Shown here: positions 56,268 through 64,000 of the stretch, one piece after another
Layout of the letters: every line of letters starts with the position of its first letter
Position numbering within the stretch: the first letter of the stretch is position 1
Assembly: GCA_963719495.1 (NCBI GenBank)
Contig: CAVRCI010000011.1
Location: 161,340-225,339 of the forward strand
Length of the DNA stretch: 64,000 nucleotides
Direction: 5' to 3'
Source: an uncultured Verrucomicrobiae bacterium
Lineage (GTDB): Bacteria > Verrucomicrobiota > Verrucomicrobiia > Chthoniobacterales > JAATET01
Notes under the pieces: generated by a model
What the model was told of the DNA's origin: nothing
Seen by the model: the letters and a program-made list of their open reading frames with translations, nothing else
Databases searched by the model: none
Translations under genes and position numbers: made by a program

Positions 56268-57638
56268 TCAGCGAGGTCCCAGCGTTGCCGTGCCCACCGG
56301 CAGCCAGCCGTCCGCGTCGGACGACTTCGAGGCGAACCGGACGGGAACGCCGAGTTTCCGGTCCACGAGGCGAACAAGGACGGATGTGGGTCCGACGGGT
56401 AAGTCCGCCGGGACATGGAAATTGCGGGTCACGTCGGTCGCGCGGTCGGGAGCGAACGGGCTGGGCTCGGAAGGTCCCAAGGGAAAAATCGCTTCCTTTC
56501 CTGAGGCCGGAATCAAGCGAATCTCCCAGTCGGCAGCGTGGTAGAGCGGCGCGACTCCCCGGTTGCGGACCCGGAAAACGAGCGGGCAGGACTCGCCCAG
56601 TGTCCACTCCCCAAGTCCGGTGATGGATTCCAAGAACAGCCAGTAGCCGAGGCGGTTGGCCATCTCCCGGGCGAAGGCGGCGTTTTCCTCCAACCAGGGC
56701 CGGGGGTAGTGGTGAAAGCCACCGTAGCTCGCCCGAACTTCCGTGATGGCGTCTCGAAACAACGAACCCTCCTTCCAGGCGTCCGCTTTGACGACGGCTT
56801 GGTAGTGATCGAGTTCCAGCACGACGGGGCGGCGTTCCGAAGCTTGCCGCAGCCATTGCGGATCGCGCAGTGAGTTGCCGCCATACTCGTCGACGAAGCA
56901 CGGGACGCAGACGCTGTGATCGGTGAGGGCGAACCCCGCTTCGTCGATTCGCCGACGCAGTTCTTCCGCCCCCGGTCGGTCCAGACGGGAGCCGACCACG
57001 TCGTCATTGGCCTGCAAGGGCGAGTGGCGGTAGCAATCCTGATAAATTTCGAAGTGCTTCAGGATTGCCTCGACCGGCCAGTCCCGTTTGCTCGAAGCGG
57101 CGGTGTGCCCTTCGCCCCAGTCTCCGTAGCTTGCGATATCCACCCACTCCACCCAGGGTTTGTCGTCGTAGCGGGAGGCAAAGGCTTCGTGAAAGGCGCG
57201 CAGTTTGGCGAGAAAGATGGGGTCTCCGTAGTCCGGCTCCCACGAGTGGTGGGTCCCGGACGGGATGAACTGTCCCCTGGCTCCGGCGGCTTCCACCCAG
57301 GCGGGAGTCGCGTAGGGGTAGTTGGGTTCGGTCTCCTTGCAGGAGATATTGAAGGCGATGGTGCGCCCGAGCGGCACGTGGGCCGCGATCACCTCATCCA
57401 GGAGTTCCCAGCGGAATTGTCCTTCCGTGGGTTCCAACTCGCACCACGGGAGACGCAGGAAGATGGTGGACAGTCCGGGGAAATCCTCCACGCGTTCTCC
57501 GCCCGGATCGCCGTAGCGATGCGTCCCATTGTCGTAGAAGTGCCAATACCAACCCTTGTGAGGATTGGCGGGCACCGAGTCGAAATCGGCATCGGATTGC
57601 AAGTCCGTGACCGTGGAAATGACGTTTGGTCCGGTCAT
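56268..57638 (-). CDS. DUF4832-like / clan GH-A putative glycoside hydrolase
   Basis: NPHKGW, LRLPWCELEPTEGQFRW, TPAWV, YGDWGEGH, NRLGY, NRGVAPLY. Confidence 0.65.
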   Translation of the reverse strand: MTGPNVISTVTDLQSDADFDSVPANPHKGWYWHFYDNGTHRYGDPGGERVEDFPGLSTIFLRLPWCELEPTEGQFRWELLDEVIAAHVPLGRTIAFNISCKETEPNYPYATPAWVEAAGARGQFIPSGTHHSWEPDYGDPIFLAKLRAFHEAFASRYDDKPWVEWVDIASYGDWGEGHTAASSKRDWPVEAILKHFEIYQDCYRHSPLQANDDVVGSRLDRPGAEELRRRIDEAGFALTDHSVCVPCFVDEYGGNSLRDPQWLRQASERRPVVLELDHYQAVVKADAWKEGSLFRDAITEVRASYGGFHHYPRPWLEENAAFAREMANRLGYWLFLESITGLGEWTLGESCPLVFRVRNRGVAPLYHAADWEIRLIPASGKEAIFPLGPSEPSPFAPDRATDVTRNFHVPADLPVGPTSVLVRLVDRKLGVPVRFASKSSDADGWLPVGTATLGPR

Positions 57639-59842
57639 GGCGCGGGAGCATCCCGGGTGGGCGCGGCGGAGGGGATCCACTTCCAGACGCCGTAGCAACC
57701 GGTGGCAAACCACGCTTCACCCGAGACGGGATGGACCCGGACCCACTGCGCTTCCCGGCCCCCGTCTTGAATCGAGCCGTCCAGCGGCGTGGTGCGGGTG
57801 AGGTTCGTCCACGTCGTGCCGCCGTCATCGGAGAGCATCGCGGAAGCGCTCGAGTTGATCACGTCGCGATTGGCGGCGACGTAGACCCGCCCGGGAACGT
57901 TGGGATCCGTGGCGACCGAGCGCACGCGAGGACCTCCCTGCTGATCGTGGGGCAGCACCGGATCGGCCAGGTAGTCGCCGTCGGTCCACATCCGCAGTCG
58001 GTTGTTCACCACCACGAAGACCACTCCAGCCGCGTCGTCCCAGGCGACATCCTGAATCGTCCCGTCGGAAGCGAAGAGTCTTTCCCAAGAGGCCCCGTCG
58101 TCAGCGGACACGACGACCGCGTCGTTCACGCCCTGCAACTTCGACTGGTCGATGCCCAGCAATTTTCCGTCGGGGCCATTCCAGTTTAGCACGCGCGTGG
58201 CACCCTCCATTTCCGCCCAGGATGCTCCGCGGTCGGCGCTGCGATACGGGCCAAAGAATAGCACGTCCGGGTCGCCGGGTGAACCCGTCGCGGCGAGCGG
58301 TTCGTCCTTCATTTCGAAGGGCAGCCGCGACCACGACTCGCCGGCGTCTTTGGACAGGGTCAATCGCTTGGGCGTGCCCCAAAATTCCGCGTCGCCCACG
58401 ATGATTACCGTGCCATCCGGCGAATAGGCTGCGTAATTAAACCCGCCCCAGACGTGGCCGCCCGGCGAGGAATACGCCCAGGTCTTCCCTCCGTCGGTCG
58501 AGTGCAGCAACCCGTAGTCCTGAAGGCCGAGGCTGATGACGTCGGGGTTCGACGCGGAAAAGGAAAATGCCCCGCCGACCAGGACGTTGCTGACCCCGTT
58601 TCCCGCTCGCGCGTAAGACTGGCCGCCGTCGCGGGACAGGGTCGGGTAGTCACCGCCGGAGGAGAGGATGATGTCCGCATCGGACGGGTGCCAGACGAAG
58701 CAGCCCGTGCGGGCATTGCTCGGGATCAGGTTGTCGTCGCGGGCCACCGACGCGCGCTGCCAGGTCGCGCCGCCGTCGTGGGAAAAGAAGCGAGCGTAGT
58801 CGTAATCCGGCGCTTTGCGTCCGACCACCAGCCTGGTTGGATCCACGGGACTCACCGCGATGTTGTGAAGCTCGCCGTCGGCACCCGCCAGGGAATCGGC
58901 TCCGGTGACCCGCTCCCAGTTCAATCCCGCATCCCGGGACACCCAGATGCTGTCCTGCAGGCTGACCCAGACCTCGTCCGGTGCTCCGGCGGGGCTGCTG
59001 ATGCCGGTGGCCTGGCCGGCGAGCACGGTTTTCCAGGAGGCGCCCTCGTCCGAAGAGCGATGCACTCCGCCCAGGTTGGCTGCGACGATGACCCCGCTCG
59101 TCGGATGCACGCTCAGGTGCGCGCCCTCGGCGACCTCCGATCCGTCGACGTGCGCCCAGCTTGTTCCGCCATCTTCGGACCGCCACAAACCGCCCGGCAC
59201 GGTGGTGGTCGCCCCGAACATGGGAACGTCCGTGGCCGGCTGTGACCAATACACCACCCGGCTGCCGCCCAGAGACTCATCCCGCGTCGACGCGTCGAAA
59301 GCCAGACTCGCGCGGCCGACCTCCCGGTTGGCCGATTGATCGACTTCCATGGCCCGCTCCCACGAAGCGGCCCGATCACTCGAGACGTAGATGCCGTTGA
59401 AGGGGTGGGCCGCGGAGTTTCCACCCACGGCGACGACCCGGTCCGAATTGTTCGGATCGATCGCGAGCGCGGAGGTCCCCCGGGAATCATACCCCACGTT
59501 GGCGGGCTCCCAGTTGGCTCCGCCATCCAACGTTCGGAAGAGGCCACCCACGTCGGTCCCCCACAGCATGAAATCCCCGTCTCCCGGAGCGATGGCCATC
59601 GAGCGGAACCACTGGGCACCGGCCACGCTAAGGTATCCGCGCTCCTTCAAACGCTCGTCGGTGATCGTGAGTTCCTCCCATTGGCCGGGCAAGGCCGCGT
59701 CCTGGGAGGTCGGCTCGGCCGAAGCGTCACTTTGGGTCGCGGGCGCGGCGGGCTCCACGGGGTCGGCGTCCGGTTGGACGGGTTGACCGGCAGCCGTCTG
59801 GATCAGGAGAGCGGCAAAAAGGAAATGCTTCGGGAGGGTCAT
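57635..59842 (-). CDS. Secreted BNR/Asp-box repeat beta-propeller protein (GH74-like)
   Basis: GTDVGGLFRTLDGGANW and many S-x-D-G-G-x-(T/S)-W repeats; signal peptide. Confidence 0.75.
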   Translation of the reverse strand: MTLPKHFLFAALLIQTAAGQPVQPDADPVEPAAPATQSDASAEPTSQDAALPGQWEELTITDERLKERGYLSVAGAQWFRSMAIAPGDGDFMLWGTDVGGLFRTLDGGANWEPANVGYDSRGTSALAIDPNNSDRVVAVGGNSAAHPFNGIYVSSDRAASWERAMEVDQSANREVGRASLAFDASTRDESLGGSRVVYWSQPATDVPMFGATTTVPGGLWRSEDGGTSWAHVDGSEVAEGAHLSVHPTSGVIVAANLGGVHRSSDEGASWKTVLAGQATGISSPAGAPDEVWVSLQDSIWVSRDAGLNWERVTGADSLAGADGELHNIAVSPVDPTRLVVGRKAPDYDYARFFSHDGGATWQRASVARDDNLIPSNARTGCFVWHPSDADIILSSGGDYPTLSRDGGQSYARAGNGVSNVLVGGAFSFSASNPDVISLGLQDYGLLHSTDGGKTWAYSSPGGHVWGGFNYAAYSPDGTVIIVGDAEFWGTPKRLTLSKDAGESWSRLPFEMKDEPLAATGSPGDPDVLFFGPYRSADRGASWAEMEGATRVLNWNGPDGKLLGIDQSKLQGVNDAVVVSADDGASWERLFASDGTIQDVAWDDAAGVVFVVVNNRLRMWTDGDYLADPVLPHDQQGGPRVRSVATDPNVPGRVYVAANRDVINSSASAMLSDDGGTTWTNLTRTTPLDGSIQDGGREAQWVRVHPVSGEAWFATGCYGVWKWIPSAAPTRDAPAP

Positions 59843-60130
59843 CGAAAGCAGATTCGCCGAAGGAGACTTGGATGCACGGCCCGATCCTTGCAAGACGTTG
59901 CATCCCGCGGGCGGGTTGACCACGGGGTCGAGATCCAGCGGGGGACTGGCGGAGGTGATTCATCGCCAAGTTTCCCCACCCGACTGCGGGGCTTGTGCGC
60001 AACGACCTGCATTCCGAGTGCCTTTCCAGACCGCGAAGTTTCTCGGCATAAAACAATCGTCCCCTCCGTTTTGGAGGTCACCGGGTTCCCAAAGAGCCAT
60101 TCAGTCCAAAACCACAACCCCCATCCCCCC

Positions 60131-61585
60131 ATGAGACTCCGCAAACTCACCCTCTGGCTGGCCAGCGCCTGCCTCTTCACCACCGCCCTGCTCGCCCGCG
60201 ATCCCTGGCTCGAACCCTTCCACGAAAACAGCATCTGGAACCATCCGATCGGGGCCAACGCCCAACTCGTTCCCGCCGGCCTGGGTGCCGAGCCAAACCT
60301 CGACGTCGACCGCGAGATCTTCGTTCGAACGAACTGGTCCGATCCCGCCGAATCGATCCGCGTCCCCAGCTCGTGGGGGCAGCGCTGGCCCGGCAGCCCG
60401 GCCTCCTGGCTGGGCCAGATGCACGTCCCCTTCAGTTTTTTTCGGGCTGATGCCAATCCGCCCACCACGCCCAACAATCCCTCCGCCTTCCTCATGCCCG
60501 ACAAGGCCACGCTCGTGCAACTGGCCCCCACCACCCGAGTGACGGCGGGCGAGCACATCGTCGGTTACCGCAGCCGGAACGTTTACCTCTACGGCATGGG
60601 CGAGAAGGGCGGTCACGGCGGCTCGAACCTATCGAGCATCGGCGGCAGCATCCGAACTCACGAGTGGGGTTCCAACAAAGAAATTCGCCACGCCATCAAG
60701 GTCAACGTCCACGCGAACGAATACCTATACTACGACAGCGGCACCAAGGGGTTCCGCTGGCCCGCGGACACCGCCGACAGCTACGCCGCCGGCACCTACG
60801 GCGGCACCCGTCCCGCCACCCGCATGGGCGCGCTCCTGACCTTTCAACCGGGCACCACCCACAATTCCATCGGCGGACTCTCAACCTCGCAGGCCAGGAA
60901 AATCTTCGACGCAATCTACAAATACGGTGCCTACATCGTCGACGACACCGCTTGGAACGCCCACGCGATCTGCGCGGAGGACGGCGTCGACATCCCCATC
61001 GGCAACTCCGCCTTCCGCGCCGACGTGAACCGAATCTTCCAAAATCTTCACGTGGTCAATAACAACAGCTCCTCCAACATCGGCGGCGGTGGCGCCCTCC
61101 GCACGGGTAAGCTCTCGTCCCTCGGCGCTCCCATCGGGGCCCAGATTTCGCTCCAAGCCAAAGCGAACGGCGGTTATGTCACCGCCGACTCCGGCGGGTG
61201 GGACGCCCTCGAAGCCTTCCGCTCACTGGTCGGCCTGTTGGAAAGCTTCGAGGTGGTCGACGCCGGCAACGGTTACATCGCGCTCAAGTCGCTGGCCAAC
61301 AACCGCTACGTCACCGTCGACGGCCCCAGCGATATCCTGTTTGCCAACCGGACCGTGATCGGCAACTGGGAACAATTCACCTGGGAATACCACGACGGTG
61401 GAAAATCCATCGCGCTCAAAGCGAAGAAGAACGGCAAATACGTCGTCGCCGAATCGGGCGGCGCCGACAGCCTCCGCGCCAATCGCTCCAGCGTGGGCGG
61501 CTGGGAAAAGTTCACGCCCGGCGGCAGCGCTGGCGTCTGGACCGAGTCCGGCAGCTCCCAATACTACGGCGTGCCCGGGAAGTAA
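60131..61585 (+). CDS. Secreted protein: unknown N-terminal domain + C-terminal fascin/CBM92-like beta-trefoil
   Basis: Signal peptide; three repeats ISLQAKANGGYV...LESF, IALKSLANNRYV...WEQF, IALKAKKNGKYV...WEKF. Confidence 0.75.
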   Translation: MRLRKLTLWLASACLFTTALLARDPWLEPFHENSIWNHPIGANAQLVPAGLGAEPNLDVDREIFVRTNWSDPAESIRVPSSWGQRWPGSPASWLGQMHVPFSFFRADANPPTTPNNPSAFLMPDKATLVQLAPTTRVTAGEHIVGYRSRNVYLYGMGEKGGHGGSNLSSIGGSIRTHEWGSNKEIRHAIKVNVHANEYLYYDSGTKGFRWPADTADSYAAGTYGGTRPATRMGALLTFQPGTTHNSIGGLSTSQARKIFDAIYKYGAYIVDDTAWNAHAICAEDGVDIPIGNSAFRADVNRIFQNLHVVNNNSSSNIGGGGALRTGKLSSLGAPIGAQISLQAKANGGYVTADSGGWDALEAFRSLVGLLESFEVVDAGNGYIALKSLANNRYVTVDGPSDILFANRTVIGNWEQFTWEYHDGGKSIALKAKKNGKYVVAESGGADSLRANRSSVGGWEKFTPGGSAGVWTESGSSQYYGVPGK

Positions 61586-61726
61586 TCGCCGATTCGCCCC
61601 GGATAAGGAAAACGGTGCGGCCGGGGATGGCTTCCACGTCGGAAGGACCTCCCTGGTCGCGGGGAGGGCAACGGTTTGCATTTTGTCGTGTTCGCAGCTT
61701 GCGGGGAAACGACGTATCGTAGGATT

Positions 61727-62353
61727 GTGAAAAAACTCCTCCTGACATCCCTCTGTGCCCTCTCCGTCGCCTCCGCGGCTCGAGCCGAAATCCTGCTCTA
61801 CTCGGGAGAAGATTCCTTCCCCGCCGGATGGGCGAAGCAGGAGTGGGGTGGTGCCGTGCCGACCATCGAGCCGATGGTCAGTCAGGATGATCAACCGGGA
61901 TCGCTCGCCATTCTCGCCGTCACGGGGGCCGAGGCTTGGAGCGGAGCGGGCATTCACACTTTCTCGGACGATCAGCCGCCCTTGGAGATCCCGGCTAGCT
62001 ATCTGGAAAGCGGATCACTCGTCTTTCTCGTGAACGGCGGCGTCCGGCCCGACGGGGATCGGGAGGGCGGGCAATCCGTTCAGGTTGCTCTGGGCTGGGC
62101 CGAGCCGGGTGCGGAGGCGAGTGCAAAGCAGGGCTCCGATTTTATCAAGGTCAGCGACCATCTCGACGGGGAGGTGATCGATGAAGATCCCGAGAGTTGG
62201 CAGGAGGTGCGCATACCGCTTTCCGCGTTTGGCTTTCCCGACACGGCTGACGCGCTGGTCTGGAAATCCTTTGCGGTTCAATTTATGGGTGCCGCGCCGA
62301 CCTCGGGAGTCTACGTGACCGACATCCGGCTCATCGAGGACGCGAACGATTGA
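61727..62353 (+). CDS. Secreted carbohydrate-binding-module-like protein
   Basis: GTG at 61727, signal peptide; WSGAGI, WQEVRIPLSAF, VYVTDIRL (galactose-binding-like fold pattern). Confidence 0.65.
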   Translation: MKKLLLTSLCALSVASAARAEILLYSGEDSFPAGWAKQEWGGAVPTIEPMVSQDDQPGSLAILAVTGAEAWSGAGIHTFSDDQPPLEIPASYLESGSLVFLVNGGVRPDGDREGGQSVQVALGWAEPGAEASAKQGSDFIKVSDHLDGEVIDEDPESWQEVRIPLSAFGFPDTADALVWKSFAVQFMGAAPTSGVYVTDIRLIEDAND

Positions 62354-62397
62354 TCCTCGCTCTCGGGTGTGATTTCGGACGTGGGCAGAGAGAGCAA

Positions 62398-62460
62398 GGG
62401 AACGCGCGGCGCGACGTTCCCTACCCTACTGGGTAGGGCTGGTCGCGCCGCGCCAGCCGA
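62398..62460. repeat. Back-to-back GTAG-type REP-like palindromes
   Basis: GGGAACGCGCGGCGCGACGTTCCCTACC followed by GGTAGGGCTGGTCGCGCCGCGCCAGCC, between convergent genes. Confidence 0.6.
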
Positions 62461-62608
62461 CTTCAATCTCTGCGGTGCCAATTTCTTCGTCTCGCCCCTT
62501 TGATCTTTTTCGCAATCACACCCCTGGCTCTCTGAAATCCAATCCTGTCCATCCCGTGAATCCTGTCCATTTCAGGATTTAGGATCAACGGTCAGCGGAT
62601 TGGTCGAA

Positions 62609-64000
62609 TCAGGTCGCGAGGTGGCTCGGGCGGCGGATGATGGCGACGGCTTTGGGTTCGAGGCGGAGGGTGGCGGTGACGTCGCTGCCGGTGAGGAGGT
62701 CGTGGCCGACGAGCGCGGGATCGTTGAGTTCGACCGGGTCTTCGTTGTGGTTGAGGACGAAGAGGTAGCTGGCACCGTCGCCGTGCCGGACGGTGAGTTC
62801 GACTCCGGCCGGGGCCGTGAGCGGGCCGGTGATCGCTTGGTCGCGCAGGATCCCGGCGAGCAGGTCGCGGTAGAAGGCGGGTTCGGAGGCCGTGCCGACG
62901 TAGTAGGCGGTCCCCGTTCCGTGCGCGTTCCGCGTGACGGCGGGGCGTCCGGCGAGAAAGTCCTCCTGGAAGGTCGCGAGGACCTCGGCTCCCTCCGACC
63001 GCAGGACGTCGGCCCAGAGCGTGGCTTCGTATTGCGGGGCGAGGCCCTCGTGGGTCGTCGCAAGGCGGTTGGGCCGGTCGGCGTAGAGGCATTCGAATTC
63101 CTCGACTTCGACGCCGAGGAGTCGGCGGAGCGGGCCGGGGTAGCCGCCGAGGTGGACGCGGTCGGAGGGATCGACGATGCCGCTGAAAAACGAGACGACG
63201 AGGGTGCCGCCGGCCGAGACGAACTCCTCGAGCTTGGTCGCGAGCGTGGTGTCGAGGAGGTAGAGGGCGGGGGCGACGATCACGCGGTAGGCGGCGAAGT
63301 CGGTGGCGGCGAAGACGAAGTCGGTCGCGACGTTGGCGGCGAAGAGGGCTTCGGTAAAATGGCCGATTTGTTCGAGGTAGCGGACGTCGGCGTTGGGCTT
63401 GGAGGGGAGTTCCAGCGCCCACCAATTTTCGTAGTCGAAGAGGATGCCGACGTCGGCGCGGACGCGGGTGTCGACGAGTTCGGCGAGCTGGGAGAGCTCC
63501 TGGCCGAGTTCGGCGGATTCGCGGAAGCAGCGTTGGGTGTCGTCGCCGCGGTGACCGACCATGGAGCCGTGATATTTCTCGGCTCCGGCGCGGCTTTGCC
63601 GCCATTGGAAGAAGAGGATGCCGTCGGCGCCGTGGGCGACGGCCTGGTAGCTGAGCAGGCGCATGTGGCCGGGGGGCTTGAGGCGGTTGCGGTCGCGCCA
63701 GTTGACCTGGGTGGTGACCTGCTCCATGAGAACGAACGGCTTCCCGCCGCCGAGGGAGCGCATGAGGTCGTGCTGACCCGCGGCGTGGGCGGGGTCTTCG
63801 CGGGGCTCGGGGTAGGAATCCCAACTGACGAAATCGAGTTCCCGCGCCCAGGTGACGTAGTCGAGGGGCTTGAAGGCACCCATGAAGTTCGTGGTGATGG
63901 GGAGGTCGGGGGTGATCTCGCGGAGAATGTTTTTCTCGAGGCGGAAGCAGTCGAGGACCTGGTCGCTGCTGAATCGCTGGAAGTCGAGCATCTGCCCGGG
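62609..64000 (-). CDS. GH42 beta-galactosidase (5' partial)
   Basis: PITTNFMG, VSWDSYP, HDLMRSL...PFVLMEQ, VNW, GADGILFFQWRQSRAGAEKYH, trimerisation domain. Confidence 0.92.
   Translation of the reverse strand, partial: PGQMLDFQRFSSDQVLDCFRLEKNILREITPDLPITTNFMGAFKPLDYVTWARELDFVSWDSYPEPREDPAHAAGQHDLMRSLGGGKPFVLMEQVTTQVNWRDRNRLKPPGHMRLLSYQAVAHGADGILFFQWRQSRAGAEKYHGSMVGHRGDDTQRCFRESAELGQELSQLAELVDTRVRADVGILFDYENWWALELPSKPNADVRYLEQIGHFTEALFAANVATDFVFAATDFAAYRVIVAPALYLLDTTLATKLEEFVSAGGTLVVSFFSGIVDPSDRVHLGGYPGPLRRLLGVEVEEFECLYADRPNRLATTHEGLAPQYEATLWADVLRSEGAEVLATFQEDFLAGRPAVTRNAHGTGTAYYVGTASEPAFYRDLLAGILRDQAITGPLTAPAGVELTVRHGDGASYLFVLNHNEDPVELNDPALVGHDLLTGSDVTATLRLEPKAVAIIRRPSHLAT

Overview
GC-rich bacterial chromosomal window, probably Verrucomicrobiota (inferred from a Verru_Chthon-type pseudopilin cassette and a PEP-CTERM protein). 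(1) 1-19.2 kb: arsC-like cluster, S1/P1 nuclease, MFS transporter, GT4, tyrS, PHP protein and creD/creB/creC-like genes. This stretch is interrupted by a lower-GC HUH/Y1 (RAYT-like) transposase locus whose repeats also bracket a PEP-CTERM gene, and by a 281-bp tandem array of GTAG-type REP doublets. (2) 19.2-36.8 kb: a ~17.5-kb integrative mobilisable element inserted in tRNA-Lys(CTT) with 47-bp att direct repeats. It carries a tyrosine integrase, a MobA/MobL relaxase-toprim gene broken by a 17-bp tandem duplication, a MOBQ-like oriT, a type III R-M system, an HTH-ImmA/IrrE + PIN pair and a metallophosphoesterase. It also carries an atypical tRNA-Ile with a UAU anticodon and a long variable arm. 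(3) 37-64 kb: a galactoside-themed carbohydrate-utilisation region (GH116, extended GH4, AraC, FAD oxidoreductase, Sip1/GH36, DUF4832-like, BNR-repeat, CBM92/fascin-like, GH42) with an embedded four-gene pseudopilin cassette. All family calls come from motif recognition by eye; no searches were run.
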